Shown here: positions 42,440-57,063 of the stretch, piece by piece
Layout: every line of letters begins with the position of its first letter
How positions within the stretch are numbered: position 1 is the stretch's first letter
Source: the human T2T-CHM13v2.0 reference genome, Homo sapiens
Strand: one strand, 5' to 3'
NCBI RefSeq assembly: GCF_009914755.1
Contig: NC_060937.1
DNA: 64,000 nt
Made by a program: the position numbers and the translations under genes
The notes under the pieces: model-generated
The model's database searches: none
The model's input: the letters and a program-made list of their open reading frames with translations, nothing else
Told to the model about the DNA's origin: nothing

Positions 42440-42590
42440 TGAAAATAAGAAGCTGAACCTGTCAGGTCCTAGTCCTCACTCTGACACTTACTAGACACAT
42501 GACCTTGGGCAAATTATATAATCTCTCAGGCTCCGTTTCTTCATCTGTAAAATGAAGTGGGTTGAACTAGGTGATCTTTAATGTCTTTTT
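42440..42590 (+). mobile_element. MIR (MIR3/MIRc-like)
   Basis: TGACCTTGGGCAAATTA...CTCCGTTTCTTCATCTGTAAAATGAAGTGGGTTGAACTAGGTGATCT. Confidence 0.8.
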
Positions 42591-43229
42591 CTGCTTTAAA
42601 AATATCCAAACCTAAGTATAGTAACACTGATTTCTAGACCAGTGCCAATTAGAACTTTTATAATTCTATCTAAACCATTAAAAATATTTGGAAAACTAAA
42701 GCCTAAATATAAATCTTATAAAATACAAGTTTATATTTTTATGAAAATAGGTATTTTAAAAATAAAATAAGTTGATTATTAAAACCAGAAAGCCTAAAAA
42801 TATATGAGAAAAACAATTATTTCTCTAGAAAAGTCATTCGAAGCCTGTGAGCTTCATTGATGTGAAATGTTTCTACCAAGGAAATTTCATTCTTGTGTTT
42901 GATTTTTATACAATTTTAAGACCTTGATAGCTGGAACCAGAGTGTAAATTATTAATACTAGAATTAATAGAGATCTGTTGCAAAGGGATGACCAGAAAAA
43001 AATGATTTATATTTAACTGTGTTGACGTGAGTATACTTGGATCTTTTTTCTCTTTCAATTTTAGGGCTTTTATTTCTCTGTACCCACATTTAAATCTTGC
43101 TGTGTGACACACTGATATTCAAGAGGCATTAAGCAGTGGCACATCTCTCACACAAATAGATCTATGATTGTGGGGACAACATTTAAATGTGTATAACTAT
43201 TACCCCCCCAATAAGTGTGTATTACATCC

Positions 43230-43760
43230 TATTAGCCTTAGCCAGTATTCTAATCTAACAGTTCTGCACCATGTTCATATTAATATGCAAATGGCATTAG
43301 AATACAAAATTAAACGAAAATGAAATTTGGAAGCTAATTGACATTTTTGTCACAAAAGCTCAGAGAAACACTATTTATGGTTTCATGGTAAAAGGCTAAT
43401 GTGTCATCCAAGGGAGGAGGTCACATCAATCTCAGCTACAGTTATTTCCCAAAGTACAGTGCAAAGCGCTGTTTATGTATGCAAGTTGCCAGTCTCCCTC
43501 ACGTAGGTGGGCCCATCTCTGTAAACCTGCGCTAAATTGCTACCATCCATTACACACAGTGGCTGCCTGGATAGCTGCCTGGCACTGACTTACACAGGCC
43601 ATCTATTCCTGTCAGAAATATGATATGTCACTGACAAAAGCTTAATTACACCATTAATTAATAGGACAATTTTCAAAATGCCTTGAAATGCAGCTTGACA
43701 CTAATTAGTGCCATTTATGAATAATTTCTCCCAGGGAATAGTACTCTGAAGAGCACTTTA
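43230..43760. promoter_or_regulatory. Candidate enhancer (repeat-free, homeodomain/POU/TALE motif cluster)
   Basis: ATGCAAAT 43285-43292, TAATTG/TAATTA sites, TGACA/TGTCA pair, TTTATGG; motif inspection only. Confidence 0.35.
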
Positions 43761-44976
43761 AAATGAAATACAGTTTTAAATAAAGGTATTTATAAAACAA
43801 AATAAATATATGGCTGGAAGCCGCTTCTCTCTTTCTCATTCTCTTTTCTTCTCTCTAATATGACCTATCTCTTCAATACTGGAAAAAGTAATTTTATAAA
43901 CATTGAAGCTATTATTACAGTTTTGCCTCAAAATGACCCATTTCTTTCATTTTGTGCTCACTTTAGAAATTCAGTCACTTGTTTTCTTTCTTTCAGAATC
44001 TGAATTACTTTTTAAAATGCACCATGCTTTAAATTTTAATAGCAATTACAACACATTAACCTCAAAATAGGTTTCTAAATATTTATCAGCATGAAAAGTA
44101 TCTTTATTTCCTCAGTTTACCTGTATCCTAGCAAGGCCATGTATGGCAAGAAGGAAAATCAGAAGTGTGAATTAGTTGGGGTGGGGGGATCACAATTTCA
44201 CAATTTAGTCGTACCCACTCCATTGATTCATTAAATTTTTGACTTATGTCTTTTACATCAGCAACCTATCAAGGCCAGACACGGTGCTGCAATCCAAGAT
44301 AAAGTGAATAAGAAATGATTTAATATTACACCACCATCCTCCCCCACAAAAATCATTTTGACACTAAAACCAGCACGACTAAGTTATTTAAAGCCACTGT
44401 GCACAGTGCATGATTAATACTTTTTGTTACTATTTGTTATTTGGCTACAGTGGTTTTATGATTGCTGCACTACGTTATGGCAGACGGGATTGCGAAGGGA
44501 TTGCAAAGTTAAAGCCAAGTCAGTTTTTCGTAAAGAAGAAAGGGAAGTGTTAAGCATCTCAGATAAGGAACTGCAATTGGAAAACAGAAATGGGTGACAG
44601 AATGAGAATAAGGCCTTCTTTGTCTAGATTTAGAAGGTGACAATGTGTCTAGATGTCACTGGGTTATTGGATGTTTCTTTTTATCTTGAGGTGAACCACA
44701 AGATAAGAAGTCAGGGTCGCAACCTGGTGCCTATAAAGTTGTATCAGTCCTTGAAGAATGATTCTTGGAAATGTTATCAAATTATCTGGGAAGATGTTTC
44801 AAAGGTCCTATGCCAATTCTGTTTGGAGACTACTCTGTTCCTATAAATTCCACATCCTTACTATCTTTCAAAGCCATTTATATTTTCTACCCTTCTCCTA
44901 ATATCTTAGTTCATTCCTTTAAAATCTCTCAGCTGGCTTATAGCAACACACTGCTTCTTAATTTTCTTGATTCTAG

Positions 44977-45337
<361 letters not shown>

Positions 45338-47769
45338 ACCACCAGTATTCTTAAAGATTAAACTGGAAAAAACTAATCCTTGGCAAGAGTAAACTGAGAA
45401 GCCTGTGGGGAAGTCTATGGTGAAACGAGTTTGGAAAATATTGAATACTAAATCGCAGTCTGTGGCATTGGTAATGAATGACAGCACAGTAATAACATCA
45501 CCATGTTATGAATTTTAAAATTTCATTTAATTATATTTAACCCAGTGGCTCATTTATGTATCTAATGACAGATACTTGCTTTATGCTCTAGAAAATAAAT
45601 TTGGTCATGAAACTGTGATGTTTACAATACCTCAAAGACTACTAGTTGACAGCAGAATAAATTTCCAACTTCTTGCCATTTTATTCAAGGCTCTTTAGTG
45701 TTTAACTCATCACTTAGTGTCTAGCAACACTTCACATTTTCTTCTTTTTTGCATTGTTTGTTCAATCTATATTGAGCAAATGTTAATACACTGACATTTC
45801 TTCTCACATCTAAGCCTATATATTTGCTGATTCATCGGCACAGAATATTCTTTCCATAGTTTGCCTGACTACCTTCACTTCTTAAGAATCCTACTTTAAA
45901 CCCCAGTTTTAGAGTACAATTGCCTTCTCTGTGCCCCCATAATATTATTTGTTTACAACTGTATTTTTTTAATCTTTTAATCTGACTAAATGACAGCCAT
46001 TTGCATCAGAGGATGTAGTTTATTCAACATTGTGTCCTTAGTATCCAATATGGTAATGGGTGTGTTAGGAACTGGATTAATTTATTTGACTAAGTCATGT
46101 AATAAATTGTTTTGCAAGAGATCAATAACATATAAAGGTAGTGCAATGAAGGAGAAAGACTGAAAAAAATCAATTGTTTCCAATTTAGAGGACCTTGGAT
46201 TTTATCCTTGTCCAGCTATTAAATAACATAAATAACCGGGTTATCTTAAGCAAGTTATTAACCTTTCTCTTTAGATGTTGTAGATAGAATTGAGGACATG
46301 AAAGCAGAGGAAGGGAGAATAAAGGTAAACAGGACAGAATACTTAGAGTTTCTAGACACAGCAAATAAAATTTCTTTACTTCCATTTTTATGGCTCCTTT
46401 TTGTCTCCGAACTTGACATAGGTCTCGCTTTTTTCTTTGTCTTTGCAACTTCAAGCACAGAGACCAAAAGAAGGCAAAATTGTGATGCATTAGTAAGGGA
46501 AAGAAGTTAAATCACCTGTTCAATGATCCATTAACTTACCACTCCCTTCACCAGGAGGATGCCACAGAGAAAATAAAAGGAGAAAAGAAGGCAATTTTAG
46601 TCTCCTTGTAAACAGGCCCTCCTGGTAAATAGACAAATGATATTTCCTTGGAGAAAGAGAACTTGTCTATAAAATGTCCTTGGCAAGATTTCTCTGTATA
46701 GATGAATTATCGTAAAGAGAACCCAGAGTCTATGAAGCTGGTTTTCTGGAGAATGTCACATAAGCTTTTCAACAGAATGGGATATAAACCAGAGATGTTC
46801 GGTAATAGAAATGCTCCCTGCTATGTGAGGGACCTCAAGACTCCGCTTAGAGATCTCATCTATCCTGTGCCAGAGAGGAATGTTCAAGGCAGAAAGAGAA
46901 AACCTGAAGAACTATTCTTGATGTTCCTGACCTTCGTCTACTTCAGCTGAGCTCATTGTTGATCTTCTTCATATTTGAAAATATTTAATAAAGATTTAAT
47001 ACTAAGATCACTGATTCATCCAAGTCTGCTTGACTAGCTGATATTATATGTTTTTTAGCTAGCCAAATTGTTTTGGTTTCCTTGAGCTTCTGAATTGTTT
47101 TCTCATGCTCTAAACTGATATGGCTCCTCACCCTTTCTCTGATTTTTTTTTCAAAGTTAAGATAACTTATACTAATTTAACAGGACTACTCACATTTTAA
47201 AAACAGCTATCAAAGCACTGAACCTAAAAATAACACTGATGGTAGAATCCAGGCCTTATCTAAGCAGAAGAGTGGCTTTGTTAGTGAATTTGTTGTTGAT
47301 TGGTTCATTTACAAACTACACTAAAATTGTTGCTGGCTTCTCTGCAATTTTTAGTGTGTATATGGCATTATCAGTCTAGACATCCAAGCAGCCCTTTGAG
47401 TAGGACCCATCTGCCTCTGTAGGAGACTATAACGTTAAACTAAATCATCTCTTCATTACCCAGGTTACTAATTACCCTTTCAAATTATATAATGATAAAA
47501 CCCCTAAATCACATTTCATAGAAAGCCCTCCCTGTTTACCTGTTGCATTCCACCGGGGCTTCCCAGACATTTTCCTTCCATCACTAAAATAAAATAATAA
47601 AAATAATTACTAACTAAAACAAGAGGAACAGAAATAATAGGAAAGGATACTGAAAGGCAAGACAAATAGCTGAAAAATACCTAAGACTTGGGAAAGACTT
47701 GATCCCACAATAAATAACTACTGGGCATTGCTATGTTTTAAGCACTAGGAATTAAAGAAGATTTTTTTA

Positions 47770-48010
47770 AAAGCCAATACTTATTGAACATATATAAGCA
47801 TCACACATTGCTATTAATTCTTTATGAACATTTGCTAATTGATTGTTAAAAATGACATTTGAGATGATCGTTTTTATCCTTATTTTGCAGATAAGGAATT
47901 TGAGACCCAGAGAGTTTAAATTCCCTCAGTAAAGCTCACAGTTAGCAAGTGATAGAGCTGGGATTCATATCCATACTTTTCAAAATCTAAAGCCCATATG
48001 TATAACCACC
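47770..48010 (-). mobile_element. MIR
   Basis: TTATCCTTATTTTGCAGATAAGGAATTTGAGACCCAGAGAGTTTAA...GAGCTGGGATTCA. Confidence 0.75.
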
Positions 48011-49414
48011 AAACTATTCAACCATATTATGTTATGGATTTAAAAGAACAACAACAGTACTTTCTCACAAGCAATTTTATTTTAGATGTCATAAATTACT
48101 TGCCTGAGTACAGGATAATAGAATGCTCTGTGGTTAAGACTAGAGTTTAGTCTTATACCAAAGTCTGTGTTCCTTTAACTGTTCTATGCTCCTCTCGGCT
48201 TACAACCAAGTAATCACAGATTTAGAAGGGGCTTACAGGACTGACTGATGCAGTTTCTTCCCTGGGTATGGCATCTGATAGACAGCATCCTTCTGACCCA
48301 TACTAATCACACTGTCCACTGTCAACTTTTATCTTAGGCAATTTTATTCCTCCTTTGTTGTGTTCCATTTAGTTTCCTCCATCATATATTATCTTTAACA
48401 AATCATTTTTGCCTGTTTGTCAGCTTTAAGAGAGAAAAAAAGATTTGACCTTAGTATTATAATTTGGAAGAATATAACTTTGCTATAATGGTGTAAATTT
48501 GTAAAATAAGGGAGGCACACTAGTTTCTAAATTTCTCTTTCTCTCTCTCTGTCTTCTTAGCTAGGTTTTAATAGAGAAGGGCATTTAGAAAAGTAAGTTC
48601 CAGCAAATGGCATATTGTACACCATTGGCAGATTCTTCAGAGGCTGACATTAAAAATATATAATAGGTTTTAAGATCTGTGGTTAAAACTAAATTCACCA
48701 CACAATGATCATATTTCTGCTGTATATTGTGAAGTTATGGAGAACTGATCAATACTGCCCTGCTGCACTTTGATCTTTAGCAGCAATTTGTCTGTAGCAA
48801 ATTGCTCTCATTTAATTTCAATTAATTCTCTACAACAGGGACCAATGCATTTTGACCTTAGTTTTCTGTGAGGGATGCATGAAAATTGATAATATTTATA
48901 ATATTTTCACTAGGCACCTGCACGTGCTATTCTTAATTACTAAAACAAAATAGAAAAACAAGGAAATATAATGCAAATTACATATGCCTTAAAGTTCACT
49001 TGCTATTTGGTAGCATGTAACAGATAACATGCCTAAAAGCCAAGTTATACTAGATAATTCTGTATCTTTATTGGGTGGGGCATGTCTATATTATGATGCT
49101 ATGTTACCTTTCATGTAAAATTTCATTGAATGTTGAAGTAAAGCACACCAATTTTAGAGGGCATTTCTAAACTATTATTGTTTTCAATAAATTTGTTTTA
49201 ATTTTAACAGGTTGAATTTAATGGGTTGTGTATGAAAAAGAGTACTGAACGTGGGAACAGTTTTTGGTATTGGTCATGTAGCCTTGATTAAGGTGTTAGA
49301 GAGTGTTTTACTTCAACCTAATTTGACTAAAGTAAAATCTAAAATTAGAAAACCTTGCATATTCAATTCCAAAATAAAACCAAAAGGAAAATAAAAAACA
49401 GTGCATTAGAAGAG

Positions 49415-50124
49415 TGTAAGGACAAATAAAACTTTAAAATGAGACTACTTCTTGCTATTGAAAAATTAGGGAAGAGATTTTTCTCCCCACCTTATCTTTT
49501 AGAGCACTTAGAAAATTTGTAATTATTAGTACTCTCTCCTCTTTTTGAAATGTATATAAATTCTTTTGAAGACTAGATTGAGCTTTTGTTAGCTTTATGA
49601 CCTAGGAATGTTTTTCTCAATGACCTAGGCTCCATCTCTTTGAAAGGTAAACATCAAGGAAGATAGCACCTTGTTTCCATGTCCCAGTGAGAGTGGGAGT
49701 CTAACTTCAGTGGGCACCTTGCTCCAAGCTGCAAAACTACCTCCTTTCATAAAGATATAAGAAATTTATTTTTCCTCTGCAGGAAGCCTATTAGCTAACA
49801 CAGATGGTCACCACAATTACTGGGTGAATTTAGGATAAACTATGTGTGACAAATGATGCCATTGAGTTCTTTTACATGAGGACTAGTCATTGTTTATCTT
49901 GACAACATGTATGTAATGGGTTGTATCTGTTTGGTGGTACAGAAGGATTAGGAGGAGATTATTTTCATTGCAAGCTTTTAGGGTTTTACCTGTGATGAAT
50001 GTTACATCACAGTAACATTCATGTTGAATACTTACTCAATAATAAAACTGTTTTCTTTCTCTATAGAGGTTGTGGAGAGGTTTTCTGAGGTAGAAGACTT
50101 TGTTTTTAGTTTTATTTTCCCTCA
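49415..50124 (+). mobile_element. ERV1-class solo LTR (MER67/LTR37-like; subfamily uncertain)
   Basis: TGTAAG start; TTAGAAAATTTGTAATT, TTTGAAATGTATATAAAT, AATAAAACTGTTTTCTTTCTCT, 3' TTTCCCTCA. Confidence 0.7.
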
Positions 50125-50713
50125 AAAAGCAATGCATGTTTATGTTCACATACATACATATTTCAAAGACTATCAAGAACAAAAGTGAGTATGCATCTCC
50201 ATTACCTTACAAATGGCTTATCTGTTGTATTTAACTGTTACATACATAGAGAACCCATTGCCCATGGGTAATTAAATAATAGTATGCCTTTATTTAAATG
50301 AATGTATAAAATAAAAATTCTCATTATTTTTAACACAGGATAATAAGATAATGTATATGCCAAATAAAATATTGCCCAATATTGCAGCTATTATTATCTA
50401 CATTTTAAATAGTAACATAACTTATAACTGTTTATATAAAAAGAAATATACTATCCAATATATTGAAGAGATACAGATAGGGGCTCTATTAAATAGAGAT
50501 CCTGGAAACTATGATATTCTTCCTACAGAAAAATATATGAATGACTGTAGGTGGAATTTTATAACATCAAAAATCGTTGCCTCAGCTAATTGGAAAAGGT
50601 AAGGGACATAAGTAGAAAGGTTATTTCTAAGGTCACCTTATGCTATCATCCTGAATTAAATACATTTTGAAATTCATCCTAGTTCTGTGTATAGTGCAGA
50701 AACTATAGGTCAT

Positions 50714-51019
50714 TTTTTGTTGTTGCTTTTTGATTAGGGGTCTTGCTCTATTCCCCAGGGTGGAGTCTAATGCTGTGATCATAGCTCACTCTAACCTTGA
50801 ACACCTGTACTCAAGGGATCTTCCCACTGAGCCTCACTGAATAGCTGGGACTGCAGGCATGGGCCACCACGCCTAGCTAAATTTTAATTTTTTTTTTGTA
50901 GAGCTGTTGTCTCATCTATGTTGCCCAGTCTTGTCTCAAACTCTTAGCTTCAAGCAATCCTTCTACCACCTCCATCTCTCAAAGCTCTGGGTTATAGGTG
51001 TAAACTACCTTGCTTGGCC
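50714..51019 (-). mobile_element. AluJ (old, diverged)
   Basis: GATCATAGCTCACT, CTCAAGGGATCTTCCCAC, ending TGCTTGGCC; TSD AGGTCAT. Confidence 0.9.
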
Positions 51020-52156
51020 AGGTCATATTTTTTAGACTAAAAAAAAAAAATTCTATAAGGACAGTTCAAGAAATAGTCAGAATATGTGAAAATCTTGTAA
51101 CCATCACTGTAGACATTGAAAAAAGACTAGAAAGTTCCAGTTACAAATTGCATATTTATCACACAGTTATCTCTTCTTTCCCCAGGAGTCCTTTTAACAG
51201 AGGAGATGTGGCAAATGTCTCACCTGCATTGCAGTTTTTACAAACCTTTTACACTCAACTTGTTGCGTGTTTCATAATGATTAAAAAATCATTTGTCAAT
51301 ACATAGTTAGCTCATTTCAGATATTATTTGCCCAAAATATCAAGTCTTTTCCACAGCTGTCTTTGTATCCTATGAAGAAGGTTTTTCTTTGGACTATTTA
51401 ATCCTTGATTATGTTAAATTTTGTAAAAAAAATTGTTTTGCTAGTGATAGCATGTTACTTTTGAGAAATGATATATGATAGAAATGGAGTGATTAGAAAC
51501 CAACAGAAGAAATGTCATTTTGCAATATCTTCAAACCTAGAATAATCCTGGGTGTGCTCCCAAAGTCTTTCAGTCTGATTTCCCTAATGTAGCTGCTATA
51601 ATACCAAAGACAAAAGATAGCCTTGTTTAGATTATCTACCACTTGAATTAGCTTTGGCAATACTTTTTCCAGAGCAGTTTAAGTTATCAAAGATTGAATG
51701 TATTTCCTTTCTAAATCATAATATGAAGATAACTATTATGGTTCCTTAAAATCTCATACATATGGCCCCTAACAGTAATTTTATGGGATTCTCATTTTGC
51801 TTAATGAATACAGTTACACACTGAAGAGTATTTCCCTCTGTTATGATGTGCCATATCATCACTTACAGTATGAATGTATAAGCTAAGAAACTGATATCAG
51901 TCCGCTGGTTGTTCTATTGTAAAATTGACTTTGGGGTTCTAAAAAATTGAGCCATTTGGAAACTGTATCTAAATTATTATCTTTAATGAATTTAATTTTT
52001 TGATGTGCTGCTCATTATTTTGTTCACTTGCCTTGGTGATTACTTGAAAACTGAAAGTGTTTTTGAAGCTATGAACATTAGGAACTTCAAGTTCTTAATT
52101 AGAACATTAAGTTAGTTGTAACAAAGGGAAAATGTAAGGGGATTTACTTTAATTAT

Positions 52157-54491
52157 TCTATTAGTCTGTTTTCACACTGCTGATAAAGACATACCCGAGA
52201 CTGGGCAATTTACGAAAGAAAGAGGTTTAACGAACTTACAATTCCACATGGCTGAGGAGGACTCACAATTATGGCAGAAGGCAAGGAGGAACAAGTCATG
52301 TCTTACATGGATGGTAGTAGACAAAGAGAGAGAGCTTGTGCAGGGGAAATCCTCTTTATAAAACCATCATATCTCATAAGACTTATTCACTATCACAAGA
52401 ACAGCATGGGAAAGACTTGCTCCCATGATTCAATTACCTCCCTCCGGGTCCCTCCCACAATATGTTGGAATTCAAGATAAGATTTTGAGGGGACAGAGGC
52501 AAACCATATCATTTAACCCCTGTCCCCTCCCAAATCTCATGTCCTCACATTTCAAAACCAGTAATACCTTCCCAACAGTCCCCCAAAGTCTTAACTTATT
52601 TTGCAATTAACTCAGAAGTTCACAGTCCAAAGTCATATCTGAGACAAGGCAAGTCCCTTCCACCTATGAGCCTATAAAATCAAAAGTAAGTTAGTTACTT
52701 CCTAGATAAAATGGCGGGCATTGTATCTAGGAAGACACAAGGCAGGGGGTCATTGTGTCTAGTGTAGGCATTGGGTAAATACAGCCATTCCAAATGGGAG
52801 AGAAATTGGGCAAAACAAAGAGGCTGCAGGTCCTATGCAAGTCCAAAATCCAGTAGGGTGATCAAATCCTAAAGCTCAAAAACGATCTCCTTTGACTCCA
52901 TGTCTCACATTCAGGTCACGGTAACGCAAGAGGTGGGTTCCCAAGGTTTGGAGCAGCTCCGCCCCTGTGGCTTCCCAGGGTATAGCTCCTCTTCTGGCTG
53001 CTTTCATGGGCTGGAGTTAACTGTCTGGGGCATTTTCAGATACACAGTACAAGCTGTCAGTAGATCTACCATTCTGGGGTTTGAAGGATAGTGGCCCTCT
53101 TCTCAAAGCTCCACTAGGCAGTGCCCCAGTAGTGTCTCTGTGTGGGGGCTCCCACCCCATATTTCTCTTCTGTACTGCCCTAGCAGATGTTCTCCATGAG
53201 GGCCTCACCCCTGCAGCAAAATTCTGCCTGGACATCCAGGTATTTCCATACATCTTCTGAAATCTAGGCAGAGGTTTGCAAACCTCAATTCTTGACTTCT
53301 GCACACTTGCAGGCTCAACACTACATGGAAGCTGCCAAGGATTGGAGCTTGCACCCTCTGAATCCCCAGGGCAAGCTCTACATTGGCCACTTTCACCCAT
53401 GGTTGGAGCAGTTGGAACGCAGGACACCAAGTCCCCAGGCTGCACACAGCCTGGGGACCCTGGGACCAGCTCATGAAACCACTTTTTCCTCTAGGTCTCC
53501 AGGCCTGTGATGGGAGGGGCTGCTGCAAAGGTCACTGACTTGCCCTGGAGACATTTTCCTCCTTTGCTTGATGATTAACATTTGGCTTCTCACTACTTAT
53601 GCAAACTTCTGCAGTCAGCTTGAATTTCTCCTCAGAAAATGAGATTCTCTTTTCTATTGCATTGTCATGATGCAAATTGTCTGCACTTTTATGCTCTGCT
53701 TCTCTTATAAAACTGAATACCTTTAACATCACCCAAGTCACTTCTTGAATGCTTTGCTGCTTAGAAATTTCTTCTGTCAGATACCCTATATCATCTCCCT
53801 CAAGTTCAAAGTTCCACAAATCTCTAGGGCAGGGGCAAAATGCTGCCAGTCTCTCTGTTAAAACATAACAAAACCACCTTTTCTCCAGTTCCCAACAAGT
53901 TCCTCATCTCCATCTCAGACCACCTCAGCCTGGATTTCATTGTCTGTATCATTATGAACATTTTGGTGAAAGCCATTCAATGAGTCTCTAGAGAGTTCCA
54001 AACTCTCACACATTTTTCTATCTTGCTCTGAGCCCTCTAAACTGTTCCAACCTCTGCCTGTTACCCAGTTCCAAAGTTGCTTCCACATTTTCTGGTATCT
54101 TTTCAGTAGTGCCCCCCTCTACTGGTACCAATTTACTGTATTAGTCCATTTTCATGCTGCTAATAAAGACAAACCCGAGACTGGGTAATTTACAAAAGAA
54201 AGAGTTTTAATGGACTTACAGTTTCACATAACTGGGGAGGCCTCACAATCATGGCAGAAGGCAAGGAGGAGCAAGTCATGTCTTACATGGATGGCAGCAG
54301 GCAAAGAGGGAGAGCTTGTGCAGGGGAACTCCTCTTTATAAAAACATCATACCTCAGGAGCCTTATTCACTATCATGAGAATAGCAAGGGAAAGGCTTGC
54401 CCCTATGATTCAGTTACCTCTCATCAGGTCCCTCCCATAACACATAGGAATTTAAGATGAGATTGAGTGGGGACTCAGCCAAACCATATCA
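52157..54491 (-). mobile_element. Full-length THE1 (THE1B/C-like): LTRs 52157-52511 and 54137-54491 with internal region
   Basis: both LTRs TATTAGTC...AAACCATATCA; internal antisense to the element at 6606-9020; near-TSD ATTAT/AATAT. Confidence 0.95.
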
Positions 54492-54711
54492 AATATGTAA
54501 TTAACATTAATTGAATTTGCACATTTAAATCCTAAAACACAAGTGTGGTGGTATTTCCCTAAAGCCAAAGTATAAGGACATTTGGGTTTAAAAAAATTAA
54601 AATATAAGCACAATTACAAATAATCTTGAAATGTTGTGATAAATATATAAAGTGAGGTATTAGCTGTGTCCCAACAAATCAAGTAATTTCAAAACAAAAA
54701 TTCTGAGTCAG

Positions 54712-55890
<1,179 letters not shown>

Positions 55891-56997
55891 TTCTGAGTCA
55901 GGAAACAAAAATTTTGGTATAATTGTATAGTGTAATATGTGATAATGCTCAAATCAGTGTTTTGAGAGAGTCTACCTTCTGGGTTCTTTGACTTTCTCTA
56001 ATATTTAACTTGAAATTTTAAAATTAGTAGTAAGCCAGTGGTTTGCCTCACCACATAAGGGGGAATGTGCCACTATGCAGGCTGGTAACTTCGAAACTCT
56101 CTACTTGGCAGGCTGATCTGACATAAAAATTATACCATATTCCATACTGAAATATGTGTTCCTGGAGAGTCATCACCCTTCAAAAAAGAATAGCATGATT
56201 GGTCTGGAAAGGCCAATATACATTATGCTGACCCACCTTAAATGGTTTGTACCTTGTAAAACCTAATTGAGCAGTCATTCTAATCTTTATTGATATCTGA
56301 GAGATAATCAGCACCTTGTTAAACTGTGCTATAGCATAATTATAAAGTATATAATTTTAAAATAGATAAATGCAAATGAAAGTCTTTATAAATATAAGAA
56401 TATTATGTTGTGCCTTATAATCTTTTATCTTTTTCCTTAGCAAGTTAACTAAAAGTAGAATAGGGCAATTTTTCATTTATTTTTCTATGGCATTTTAACT
56501 TAATGCAATGACAACATGTTACTTTTATAATTAGAGAAAAGAGAAATATATGAGGAATTATTTGAATGTTGTAGTATTTTATATAGTACTTTTTATATTA
56601 AAGAGCATGAGTATACAGTTTTGTGGAAAATTAGAATTCAATGGGACTACAAAGCCTAAGTGGTGAGATCTTGCATAAGTGTCTGCTTTAGACTTTAGCA
56701 ATCAAATTTCCATCTCATAATCAGAAAAGAATAGGGGTTAATTATGGAGCCCAACTTAGTTTTAAGGTCATTCCAAAGATTCAGTGTTGATATAGAAAAA
56801 TCTGGGCCTAGCCAGGTTGTATGAATGAAAGTGAGATTCATGCCCTAGAGGCAAACACTGAGAAAAAATAATAATTAAAAAATAAAATTAAGAAAACAGA
56901 CTATCTCCAGGAGGGCTAGACAAATTATGTTCTTGCCCTAAGAAGGTTATACAATAAAGGCTGTTTATTGATGGCCAAATGTTGAAAGGGTACACAG

Positions 56998-57063
56998 CAA
57001 AAAAACAAAAACAAAACAAAACAAAACAACAACAACAACAACAAATATATATATATATATATA
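56998..57063. repeat. Compound (CAAAA)n-(CAA)n-(TA)n microsatellite
   Basis: direct inspection. Confidence 0.9.
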
